Shown: piece after piece, positions 53,316 through 64,000 of the stretch | Layout: each line of letters opens with the position of its first letter | How positions within the stretch are numbered: the stretch's first letter is position 1 | Source of the DNA: Rhizaria sp. SCN 62-66 | Taxonomy: Eukaryota | Direction: 5' to 3' | Length of the DNA stretch: 64,000 nucleotides | Assembly: GCA_001724265.1 (NCBI GenBank) | Contig: MEDY01000075.1 | Location: 1 to 64,000 of the forward strand | Translations under genes and position numbers: made by a program | Notes under the pieces: model-generated | Told to the model about the DNA's origin: nothing | The model's input: the letters and a program-made list of their open reading frames with translations, nothing else | The model's database searches: none

Positions 53316-54826
53316 ATGTTGTGTCTTGCGCCCATTAGCTTTCCCCACATCCATGTCGTTTCCACGTTTGTTTTCCTCGTCGCTGTGTTTGTCGCGGCCG
53401 CACATGCGGCCCCCGTGACGTGGGCTGGTAGTTTCTACGCCAGCTCGTTCGTCGCTGGCCAAACCGTCACTCTCACCGCAACCGTGCGCCCCAACTCTGG
53501 CGCGGTCAACTTGAACTCTGGCGACACCGTTGCCATGCGTCTCACGGACTCCTGGGCGACTGGAAACACGAACGCAGCGTGCAAGCTGAGCAAGCAGACC
53601 CGCAGCTACGATTTGAGCTCTGGCTTCTACGCGGCTGGAACGAGCATCAACGAGCTGGTTCCCGACGAGGAGGACCGCATGATTGGTGTCACCCTCAGCA
53701 GCTCGTACAGCGCGTCTGCTACAGAGTACACGAACCTTATCTGCCGTGTCACACTGCCCGCCACGGCGGGCGAGACCGATCTTGTCGTTAGCGCCGGCTC
53801 AAGCTCCCCGTTTGACGACCTTTACATCGGGCCCCTGACCGTGACCACGGTCGAGACGGAGCCGGACACGCCGGTCGCTCAGTACTTGATGTATTTTTCC
53901 ACAAAGTCCCTACCGACCAAGAAGTTCAAAGCTCTTGTGACCGAGTTTTTCAGCAACATGCAGAACACGGCCGGTATCCCGCTCTCTATCGCCGCGGGTA
54001 TCAATTTCGCTCAGTACTTCCCCGACGGCGCGCCCCGCGCTCTGTCTGACCGCGCCGCGCGCGAGGCTAAGGCTGCCACTGCGCTCGGCATTACCCCGCG
54101 CGGCGCCTCCATCGCCGCTAGTGAAGATAAGAATACGCTCGTGATCTCCGTTCTGGTCACGCCGTCGATGGATTTCACTGTGGCGCAGATAATATCCGCG
54201 ATGAACACCGATGACTTCGTCATTGCCGTCAACAAACTTGCGGCCAGTATCAAGGGCGAGCTTGCCGATGCAAACGCGTATACTGGGACGTTGCGTGCGA
54301 CGTGCCACGATGGCGTGAAGGATGGCGACGAGACTGATGTCGACTGCGGCGGTGTCGAATGCTACGCGTGCACTCTCACAGAGACTTGCAAGGTAAGTAT
54401 ACTCATCTTCTCGCAACTTATCCTACTTTTTGCGCTTATGTGCCGAGAATCTTTAATTTCGGCAAGACTGCTGGCTCAATAAGCAAAGCAATCTGAGTAA
54501 CGTAATGCATGTTGACTACATCTGTCTCGCGTATCTTTGAATGTCGCGAATTACGAAAAATTGTCCTATATGATAAGCTGCGTTGCACTTATTTTCCTTA
54601 GAACCTGTACAAAACCACTAACGTATAGTATGCTATTATTTGGTTGTGGCCTCACAAAATGTTTTCGCTTGTTCTGTTCTTGCTACAGGCTGATAGCGAC
54701 TGCTGGACTGCGGATTGCGATGACTCCCTGAAGTGCGCAAACACTTCCCCTGCAGGACCTGCGGCCACTGCTGCGCTTGCTACCGCCGTGTTTGCCGCTC
54801 TTGTTGCCATCTTCTACGGTCTCTAA
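53316..54826 (+). CDS. Secreted or surface protein with a Cys-rich CxDGxxDGDETDVDCGG module and a C-terminal hydrophobic anchor (GPI-like); intron 54393-54688; exact start uncertain
   Basis: Hydrophobic signal FVFLVAVFVAAAHA. TCHDGVKDGDETDVDCGGVECYAC. C-terminal AATAALATAVFAALVAIFYGL-TAA. Confidence 0.7.
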
Positions 54827-56078
54827 GTTAAATATGACTCTTAGTTACTCCAGAAGTAGTTGGTTTTACAACTCCAGTTTTGTCGCAACGGCGCAATGTG
54901 TGTCGTATCGTGATTTTGTTTCTCTTGCTTCTTTTTTTAATTTACCGTACACCTGTGCTTGTCTCACATTGTTCTTTAAGTTTTTTTCGAACCTGCATCT
55001 TGATTAACTTACACCAATGCTGTTGTTCCTGTTCCTGAAGCCGTGCATCGTGCTTATCAACAACACTCTGAGGATTTAATCCTTGACGAAGTTTTTATCA
55101 GTGTTGGGTGCATTTTGATTCATTAATACATTGCATTTAATTGCTCCAATGCATTGAAGCAGTCCAAAATAAACACCTCGATAGTTTTACTGTGCGGTGG
55201 CACCAATCAATACTCTTCTCCTATTACAAGGGACAAAAAATCCGAACCGCGGGACATAATATCCGTACTTTGGCCTCATACACTCAGTTTTTTCTTCGTT
55301 CTCTTTGATGGCTTCAGTGCGCAAAAGTGTTTAAATCTGTTTCTGAAAATTAACGTCGTTCGTTTATCAAGTGAATAAAATATATAAAATATTGAAATGT
55401 ACTATATACGTTTCAACAAGTCTTCCCTTCTAGATATCTTCATAAACACCTCATGAGTCTGATTCAGCTCTCTCGATGACTTCCTGAGGTGAGTCCCAAC
55501 GACTTTTTGAAGTTTAACACGCTTATATCTTTGCATCTTCACAAAAAGTAGTAATATATGATGTAAACAAATGTTTTATATTCTCTATACACTTTTTATC
55601 TGCATAAAAACTTAAAGATTATGATGAAAGTGGCAAAACAAGAGGATCTAAAGGCGGCTCGGCGAAAATTCCAAATCTACATAGTGAAAAAATAAATTGA
55701 ATAGATGTAACAATTGTGTGACCATAGCTATGCATAAACGCCACAAACGATTTTTTTCACGAGATTTCTTTCACTAATCTCCAGAAGTAGCATCAGTCAA
55801 AGAAATGATCATATTCACTGCAACATGTATTCAAAAATCCAGTATTCAAAAATTCATACTAGGCGAGTATATATTTCTCAAATAATATAATATATCATGT
55901 CTTCACTATATAATACGTCATATGCCAAGACCAACCTAAGTTGCAGTCATCCAGTAAAACAAAGTTGAATGATGAGGAACTTCCTAATCGCAGCCACTCG
56001 TCACATTCTTGACACATTCTCTCCATAGAAAAAGTATTTTGGTCTCATATACAACAGAAGGCACTGCGACTTAACTTG

Positions 56079-57545
56079 TTAGATGACCGTGGCTTGATTT
56101 CCCGCGGCCGGCACAGGCCTGAGCGCGCCATAGTAGTGGTTCGCATCCCTGACCTCCGTCACACCGCCGGCCTGCGCCCGCAGCCTCTCTGTCTCAACCG
56201 CGTCTTCCGCGATCAACTTGCGCAGCGCGGCGTCCTGAGCGTCGCGGGTGGCTTGCGGGATCGACGCGAGGCGCAGGATTTTACCGTCCATCATGTGTAC
56301 CACGCGGTGCGCGTAGTACTGGAGATCGTTGTCATGTGTTACCATGATGCAAGTAATGCCCTCGCGGCGGGACAGCTCAACCAGCAGACTGAGGATGACA
56401 CGCGAGCTCTTGGTGTCCAAATCGCCGGTCGGCTCATCAAGGAGCAGCACGTCCGGGCAGTTCGCGATGGCGCGCGCGATGGTGACGCGCTGTTGTTCGC
56501 CGCCTGACAGCTGCGACGGGAGGTGCAGCGACCGGCGCCCGATGCCGACTTGGTCGAGCAGGAACTGGGCGCGCGCGTCGATGTCGCTGCGGGACAAACG
56601 GCCGTCGAGAATCATCGGCAGAGCGACGTTTTCGAGCGCTGTCATGGTCGAAATAAGGTTAAACTGCTGGAAGACGAAGCCTAAGTGGCGCAGACGCAGC
56701 TTCGAGAACTCGTCGTCGGTGGTCGCGCTTGTGATGCGGCGCTGTGCGATGTACAGCTCACCCTTCGAGGGCCGGTCGATGGTGCCGAGGATGTTGAGCA
56801 TCGAGGTCTTGCCGCCGCCCGACTTGCCGAGGATGACAATAAACTCGCCGCGGGCGATGGAGAGGTTCACGCCGCGCAGGGCGGGGACGCCGTCGAGGCC
56901 GAGGAGGTAGGTTTTGTGTACGTTGACGGCCCGGATGACGACGTCTTCGGGGTTAGGGATGATGATCCCGTCACTGTTACGCGTGAAATCACCCCCACCC
57001 TGTTGCTGCTGCTATTGTTGGCGGCCCTGGCTCTGGGCCTGTTGGGAGGAGATGTGGGGCAGCTGGAGAGCGGGGTTGAGGCGGGAATCGTTGTTGAGCA
57101 GAGCTGAGCCGACGCCAGAGCACGAGCCGATGTTGCTGTTGTTGTTATTGTTGTTGTTCAGAGCGTAGGCGGAGAAGGAGGAGGAGACGTTACCGTTGTT
57201 GTTGCGCGGGCTGTTGTCGTCCTCCTCGAGAAGCTCCGACTCCTCCAGGGTGTTGGCGGCGTTGTTATTGTTGGTCTCGTCAGGGTGGACCTGGGATGGA
57301 GACTTGCTGCGGCGGCGGCCACTGTTGCTGTTAGGTGCTGTTGAAGCGTCTGCGAGCAAGTCCGGCGACGGCTGGACGGAGCGGAGAGGCGCGCTGCCCG
57401 TCGTCGTGGTCACGTCAGCGCCACCAGCGTTGTTGTTGTTCGCGGCGGAGGCAGAGGGGGGGAGGTTCGAGTCCGATGAGAGGGAGGAAAGGGGGTAGAA
57501 GTCAAAACCGCCGGGCCCGGTCTGAGACGTGGGGATCTGGCTCAT
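56079..57545 (-). CDS. Stand-alone ABC ATPase (LolD/MacB/FtsE-like; resembles Dictyostelium AbcH type) with an in-frame TAG at 57012-57014
   Basis: ORFs 57012-57545 and 56079-56870 share one frame. VNVHKTYLLG..ALRGV, Walker A GKSGGGKT, LGFVFQQFNL, LSGGEQQR, LLLDEPTGDLD and MVTHD. The only in-frame ATG upstream of Walker A lies before the TAG. Confidence 0.88.
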
Positions 57546-58341
57546 GGCTCACAGCGCACAGCAACACGAAACGGGGGGCGAGGTGTGGTACGTGTAATGC
57601 TTCGGGATGATGTGTGGTGGAACGGGGAACTGAGGCAGAGTGGGAGGAGGGAGGCGAGGGGAGAGTGGCGACGAGACAGGGCGTGTGAGTGATCCACAGC
57701 GATAGGCAATGGACTTCAAGAAATACAGATATCAAACAATAAGAGTATAGCAACAATGAAGTAATGTTACAACTGTAGTGGCTCTCTTAGCGGTCGAATA
57801 TGCCCGGTATATATGAACGAAGATCCCCGCCACAAACTCCATTAATCGCCAAGCGATGCAACTCGACCCAGCCACAGCCACGGTCACGCATCAAATCAGT
57901 CTTATAAAGCGCGCTTTTGGTAAGGACAGTGATCAGTATTCGAAGCAGGTTTTATTATGCTATCGTAGACAAGTCGGATGACAGACTTTCAAATATATTA
58001 TTATCATTCAATCACATCACAGCGTATTATATATAACAAAAGCTCTCACACAACACTTTGAACGATCTCTCTTACAAACACAACTTAACTAGTAACAACA
58101 AGGATAGGTACCCTACACTTGCGCAAACGTCGACACATACTTTTTTTTGTTTTTTGTTTCAATTGTTTTGTTTCAAAACTAAAGAAACAGTTACAACACA
58201 TACTTATATAAAAAATCAACAACAGGATGTCCGCACAAAGCAATATCCACAAAACAACCATTGAAGCAGCACATATTACGATGCCCTCGTTATCGAGAGA
58301 CACATCTCATCTAAGGGTGCCTGAGCGAGAGGTACTTAGAT

Positions 58342-61300
58342 TTAGAGCTCGCTGAGGTCGCCCTCATCCATGCCGAGCGAATGCATCATGCCCCGGCCAA
58401 ACGCCACTTCCCCCGTCTTGCTACTATGGCTGTGGCGCTCGTCCTCCTCCTCAGCCTCCCGCTGCCGCTGCCGCTGCTGCTGCTGCAGCTGTAGCTCACG
58501 CTCACGCAGTTCACGGTCAAACTGAGCCTTTTCCTCCGCCGCCGCAGCCGCCAGCGCGGCGTCCCCGGTCTTGGCTGCCGTCTCAGCCTTGAGAGTGGTG
58601 AGCGCCAACGCGGCGTCGCGCTTCGCGCGCTCTTTGACGCGCTCCATCCACGCGCCCCCCGACCCCGGCTTAACTTTATCCGAGGCTGCTGTTGAGTCAG
58701 CAGAGTTGCCGTGGCTGGGCGAGTGCGTGGTCGAGGTGGACAGCGCGGCCGGAGTCGCGTCTTCACGGAGACGGTGGGTTTGGAAATGCAGTGCGTCGTC
58801 CAGCGTGAGCGCAGAGAGCTCGGGGGCAGCGCACCCCATGAAGACACGCCAGTTACTCATGACACCGAGGTCAAAGGGGTTGGAATATAAGCCGTCTTGC
58901 GCGAGGTAGGAGTAACGGCCACGGTTGATCGACTCGTTTGTGGTGAGATTACTGTTGATTTGGCCGAAATGCTGTACCGCGAGCGCAGTCACAAGCGCAC
59001 TGTGTCAAATATGTTCGAATCATACGTTACAAAGCAGTGTTGTGGCAAATAATAAATTAATAAACGTGAGTTTAGAGTCCAAAGATAGAGTCATGGAAAT
59101 GTAAAAATAAGGTTGACGATAGTTGAAGAGGTATTTCACATTATAACACAACTTTAGGATTATAGATCGGGTATATAGATATATATGTTGTAATTCTTGA
59201 ATAAAGATGCTGCGTACAGGTAGATGACGTGGTGGTAGACCCACAGCGTAAGCAGTGGCCGCGCCACCGCCGCCGTCAGCCAACCCACTGGCAGACCGGC
59301 CGCGTCGGTCACGTGCATGAGGTACACCGTGTACAGAAGCGGGTAAATGAAGTTGACGCCGGCCATCGCCGTGCAGAACCAGAAGAAGGAGTTGTGGTTG
59401 CCCGCGCCGATGTCGGTTCCTAAAAAAGGGCAGTGGTGGTCGAACTGGGCGACGCACCGGTGGCACTTGGGGCAGTGCTTCGACCGCAGAGGACGCACGA
59501 TACGGCAGGTTGAGCAGAGCTGAGAGGTCGAGATCGTGAGGGAGTCGTTGTTGGCGACAGGGGAGGACATCTTGAGAGTTGCCATCGTCGTCGCAAGGGA
59601 CATCGTCTTGACGTAGCCACGGCTATTATTCCCATTAGTCCCGTCATTGTTACCGGTGGTGGAGTTGAGAGTGTTCATCTCAATATCATCCTCGTTGTCC
59701 GAGATGTCGTTGCCGTTATTGCCGTTGGAGCCGCTGCCGAAGCCGGCATACTCGCCCCTGCTCGGTCCCCCCGAGCACAGCGCCAGAGCCCGGCCCCCGC
59801 AGTCGCCCGCGGCAGAGCGCAGAGCCAGCGCGGAGCCGACGGTGACAATGCCGCAGCGCGCGAGCACGCCGCCGTCGTCGCCGTCGCCGCCGGGGACGCG
59901 GGTGAGCGCGCAGTGGGCGAGCGAGCTGTGCGGGGCGATCGGGGCCAGAGCGGCCGTGGCCGGGGAGGCCAGAGCCACCGCCAGGGACGCCGAGGGGCCC
60001 GCGTTGGCGACGGGGGAGCCAAGCAGCGGGTAAGGGGACGCGAGGTTGAGGATGTCGCTGACGTCGTCGAGGTCGTCGTTGAGCGCGAAACCGGCTGACG
60101 CGGCGGCGGCGGAGGCCGAGGCGGCGGCGGCGGAGGGCGGGAGACCGAGCTCGTTGGGCGTCTGGAAGCTGTGGCCGAGTAAGGACGCGTACCGACGCTG
60201 GTGGGCTTGGTCGAGCTTCACGGCGGCGATCACGCGGGGCTCGGGCGCGCCCAGGGCAGAGAGGTACAGGGCGTGGAGGCGGGAGAAGGAGGGAACGCCC
60301 GCGGTCGGCGCAGACCACGGCACCAGACCACCTAAGAGTTATAATGCAAAGATTGGAAAGTCAATTATCAAAAAGAAAAAGTTATGAAAAGTTGAAATTC
60401 AAGGAAATTATATCTTTTTGTTGATGTAGGAAGAATATATCAGTGAGAGAAGTGCTTTGTTGTTGGTTTCAGACGTACCAACCTCACCGATGACGGTACG
60501 GAGCCAGAAGTAGATCGAGGCAGCAAGGAAAAAGATCAATACCAAGGCGCCCTTGGCGTTATAGGAGAAAATATTGCCAAATTGCGTAAAAGTGATCAAG
60601 GTGCCAGATGTGTAGAGGACAAACGTCCACATCACCAGCGGGCCACGGCAGTACTAAAAAGCAAGCATATTTTACATCATGAAAAAGAAATAAAGATGAA
60701 CGTGAGCAAAACAAAAATGTAATATATACATAGAAAACTACACGAAGACGGCACAACTAAATTGAAATTTCGATTAAGTAACATCTTGGTATATAAAAAA
60801 ATTCATTTCGTAAGCAAGAGACAGAAAACGACGCACCTCGACCAAGTCGCCAATCTTGCCGACAAAGCCACAGAGCAGATCCCTCTGAATCCACTGCCAG
60901 CGGCGCATGACGGCCGCGTTAGTCTCGCACGCCTTGTACTTCTTGCGGTAGAACTCGTACTCTTCGCGCTGCGCACGCGTGGCGCAAAACTCCATGGGAG
61001 TCATTTTAGCCTTGTTTTTGTGGTCGAGCATGGGCATGAAAGCAGCGTTCTCGAGGTAGACCTTGACGGTGTCGATGTTGCCCTGTCCGAAGGCCCAGTG
61101 AAGCGCAAGGCAGCTGTCGTCGTCCTCAATCCAGGGGTCGGCGCCGTTGGCAAGCAGCCACTCAACAGCACGCGTGTGGCCGGCGTACGAGGACCAGTGT
61201 AAGGGGGATTTCCGCTTAGAGTCGAGCGCGTTGATGTTGGCGCCACGAAGGAGGCAGATGTCCATGAGGAGGGTTTGGCCGCGCTCGGCGGCGTGGTGAA

Positions 61301-62436
61301 GCGGCTGCAGACCAACCTGTCGATATGAAATGTTGTCAGATGTGTCAACCACAGAAGAGTGAGTGCGTGGAAACAACAGCAAACAGTTTATAAATACTCT
61401 TAAAATAGATTGACAATACTTTTAATATTTTCGAATAAATTGTTTTGTTATGTTATGATGACTATAGATATTTGTACGTACTTGGTCGCGCGCGAGGGGG
61501 TCGGCGCCGCGCTCGAGCAGCAGGAGCGCCACAGCCACCCCTTCCGTCTTGCACGCCCACATCAACGGCGTCTCACCACGCACGTTGCGGATGTCCACCT
61601 CCGCACCCGCGCGCAGCAGCACGTCGACGATGGCGGCGTTAGCGCGGTAACACGCGTGATGCAGAGCAGAGTGCTCTCCGGCGGCGTCGAACTGGTTGGG
61701 GGACACGCCCATCGACAGCATGCGCTGCACGTCGAGAACGTTGTCGCGGAACACAGCGCCCGTCAGAGTCTGCTCGGCGCAGAGACGCGCAACCTAGAGA
61801 ATACATGCGTGCAATTTAAACAAAAAGCGAAAAAAAGAGGTATTGAGCCAAAAAGTGAGAAGTTGGCGTTTTTTTAAATAATAAAGATTTCAAGCAAACA
61901 AGTTCATTGTTTGCTGCTACTGGAACACAATGAATGAGTGGATGAATGAATGAATGACATACCTGGTCGTCGACAGCCTGGTTGTGCTGCGCAACACGCT
62001 CGTTGGCGGCCTTGATCGCGGCGGCCATATCAGCCTCCTCTTTACAGGCCGCAGAGTTACAGTCCTTGCCCTCACCGCAGCCCTTGGCAGCGCTGGCCAT
62101 GTCGCTGGCGCTGGCGCCGTGGCTGTGGCCGTGACCGTGGTCGTCGTGGTCGCCGTCGGCGCCGCAGTCGTGGCCGTGGCCGGGGCCAGGGGAGCGGAGC
62201 TGGGCGGCGAGGGCTTCCTCTGCCGCAGCCTCAGTGCCAGCAGCGTTGTGACTCTCCTGGTTCCCCACCCCCGCATGGTTACTACGGGAGTTGTTCAGGG
62301 GCGCGGCCTCGAGATCGTCGTCGTCGTCATGCGCGTGGCCGTGACCGTGACCGTAAGCAGTGGCGGCGGCAGTGGCAGCGGCGGGCTTGGAGCTGGCGGG
62401 CGCGGGGGCCGCAGCGGTCTTGGCTTCAGCTTCCAT
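58342..62436 (-). CDS. Ankyrin-repeat DHHC palmitoyltransferase (Akr1/ZDHHC17/TIP1-like); exons 62436-61963, 61793-61482, 61316-60837, 60653-60479, 60331-59218, 58999-58342
   Basis: Ankyrin repeats SALHHAC, TPLMWAC, PLHHAA, SPLHWS. CSTCRIVRPLRSKHCPKCHRCVAQFDHHCPF, NLTTNE and NPFDLG. Five phase-compatible GT-AG introns. Confidence 0.92.
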
Positions 62437-63528
62437 GGCAGCGAGCGCGGCTAGATAGAAAATAGAGAAATTAACAAAAGTCAGAGTCACAAGAGCAATT
62501 AAGTAAAAATTTAAGAATAAAAACTCACGTAATATAGGAATACAAACATCGTTTCAAGAAGGGCGATAATTTGAGAGAGATATTGTTCGTTTTGTGGGGG
62601 ACGCACCGGCAAACTCGTCGTCGCTTTCGGGGGCGAGCGTTGAGCTCTGTTGGAGTGCTTGCTGACGCGCAAGCGCGGCGGCGTGACTCGACATCGTGGG
62701 TAAGACGGTTGTCGAGGGTGGAACCGCTCTGAGGAGGCGCGGCGAGAGAAAACAGCAAGAGAGCGGGTGATAGCGTGGAAGTGGAGTGAGGAGTCAGGAA
62801 GTAACGGGGGTGGAGGTGAAAGAACGTGTGTTGCGAGACACCCTAAAGACAGTGCGATAAAAAAACACAGCAATCAAACTTTAAAAAGAGCCATAAATAC
62901 AAAAACATGGCCGCGACCCTCACTTAGTGCGACTAACTCGGGTTCCGGAGACGTGAGGAACGATGTTTGGACGGTGACCGAGCGGTGAGAAGACGCGAAC
63001 CGTGGTGCGGGAGGGATCACGAAGAGAGATATAGAAACACTCGCACAGAAATAACGATTTACCAAGCTATAGCCACTTGCGCGTTGGCTCTATTCTTCAA
63101 GCCCAGAATTCGATCCGCCGACGACCGAGCGCGATAGATTTGAATCTGTCTTCGCGTTTTTCGGGCTCCTCTCTGCTCCGTCGCTCTCGAGGGACCAACA
63201 CAGGAGACGCCTCCACCACAAATCGTTTCTGAAAGCATCTTCTGCGTTATTTCTCCAAGCAAAGAACGACTTTTTCAATTAAAATTGCGATACATGGGGA
63301 TTAAGATAAGCAAATTAGTCATATTTGTTAGTGTAGTCTCTTGACTGTCTTAATTTCATTCCTGGTGTTGATCAGCGCTATTTTTTCATCACGTGTGCGC
63401 CTTACCCCCCAAATCGAAATCACTTTCAGCGTGATTTCTCCACGCAAATCAACAAGTCCGAATAAAAATTAATGTATTTGCTAAATATGTGGTATGGTCT
63501 AGATATTTTCATCAATACCGGCTTTTCA

Positions 63529-64000
63529 TCAGGACCGGCTCTTGAACTTCCTGCCTAGGTTCCTGGCATTGACCCATGCATTGGCCTCCGCCTGCCCTGT
63601 CCAGCCAGCCATCTCACGGGCCCACACCAGCGGCTGTCGCGAGAGACTCGACAGTAGAAACGGGTCGAATGTCCACGCCACGGCCCAGCGGGTCTGCTCG
63701 CCCTGGGAGTACGCGTACCAAACAACGAGAGGGAAAGCGACGGTTGCCTTTGCTGGTGTGTTCATTGTACTTGTTGCGGTGAACGCCGATAACGCGTCTG
63801 CGCACCCGCAGCAGCGCGGTTTCGCGTGGTGAGTGCTGTTGTTGGTGTGGTCATCGCGAGCTCGAACTGCAGATTGAGCGAGTGCGAGGGTCTGTGGCTG
63901 TGAAGTTAGCACCGTGCGTAGCTGTGCCAAGAAGTTATCCGGCCGACGACGAGACATTACTGCAGTCGCTGCAGTGGCAAGGGAGGAATCAGTTTCAGTC
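63529..64000 (-). CDS. 3' end of a METTL16/RlmF-family RNA m6A methyltransferase (partial, runs off the window)
   Basis: The frame is open to the window edge. SQGEQTRWAVAWTF matches the family motif QGxTxRWx(L/V)AW(S/T)F. Ends TGA TGA. Confidence 0.6.
   Translation of the reverse strand, partial: TETDSSLATAATAVMSRRRPDNFLAQLRTVLTSQPQTLALAQSAVRARDDHTNNSTHHAKPRCCGCADALSAFTATSTMNTPAKATVAFPLVVWYAYSQGEQTRWAVAWTFDPFLLSSLSRQPLVWAREMAGWTGQAEANAWVNARNLGRKFKSRS

Noticed and set aside
54830-56070. Hidden tRNA (e.g. CUA anticodon), ncRNA or transposon in AT-rich spacers (also 11500-12950, 32200-33100)
   Set aside because: No cloverleaf, terminal repeats or transposase ORF could be recognised by eye. tRNAscan-SE or Infernal would be needed to exclude them.

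Overview
Gene-dense nuclear DNA from a flagellated, mitochondriate eukaryote (a protist; lineage not determinable here). Exons are GC-rich and full of Ala/Asn/Ser low-complexity expansions. Spliceosomal introns are AT-rich, GT-AG and about 120-300 nt. I can model 20 protein-coding genes: Dcp2, a degenerate Dus-like protein, mitochondrial intermediate peptidase, CFAP58, a CFAP97-like/C2 fusion, a mitochondrial SRP54/Ffh M-domain-only protein, fumarate reductase-cytochrome b5, DUF1349, mitochondrial LysRS, cyclin B, TyrRS, PRP6, a solo ABC ATPase, an ankyrin-DHHC palmitoyltransferase, a partial METTL16 and several orphans. The main finding is evidence for a non-standard nuclear genetic code. Three separate genes contain an in-frame TAG in otherwise intact coding sequence: one in a conserved peptidase segment, one inside a CAA/CAG polyglutamine tract and one followed by 100 more open codons. 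All 20 modelled genes end in TAA (15) or TGA (5), counting the Dus-like gene as read through its TAG. The best reading is UAG=Gln with UAA and UGA kept as stops. No tRNA, rRNA, transposon or CRISPR array was recognised.
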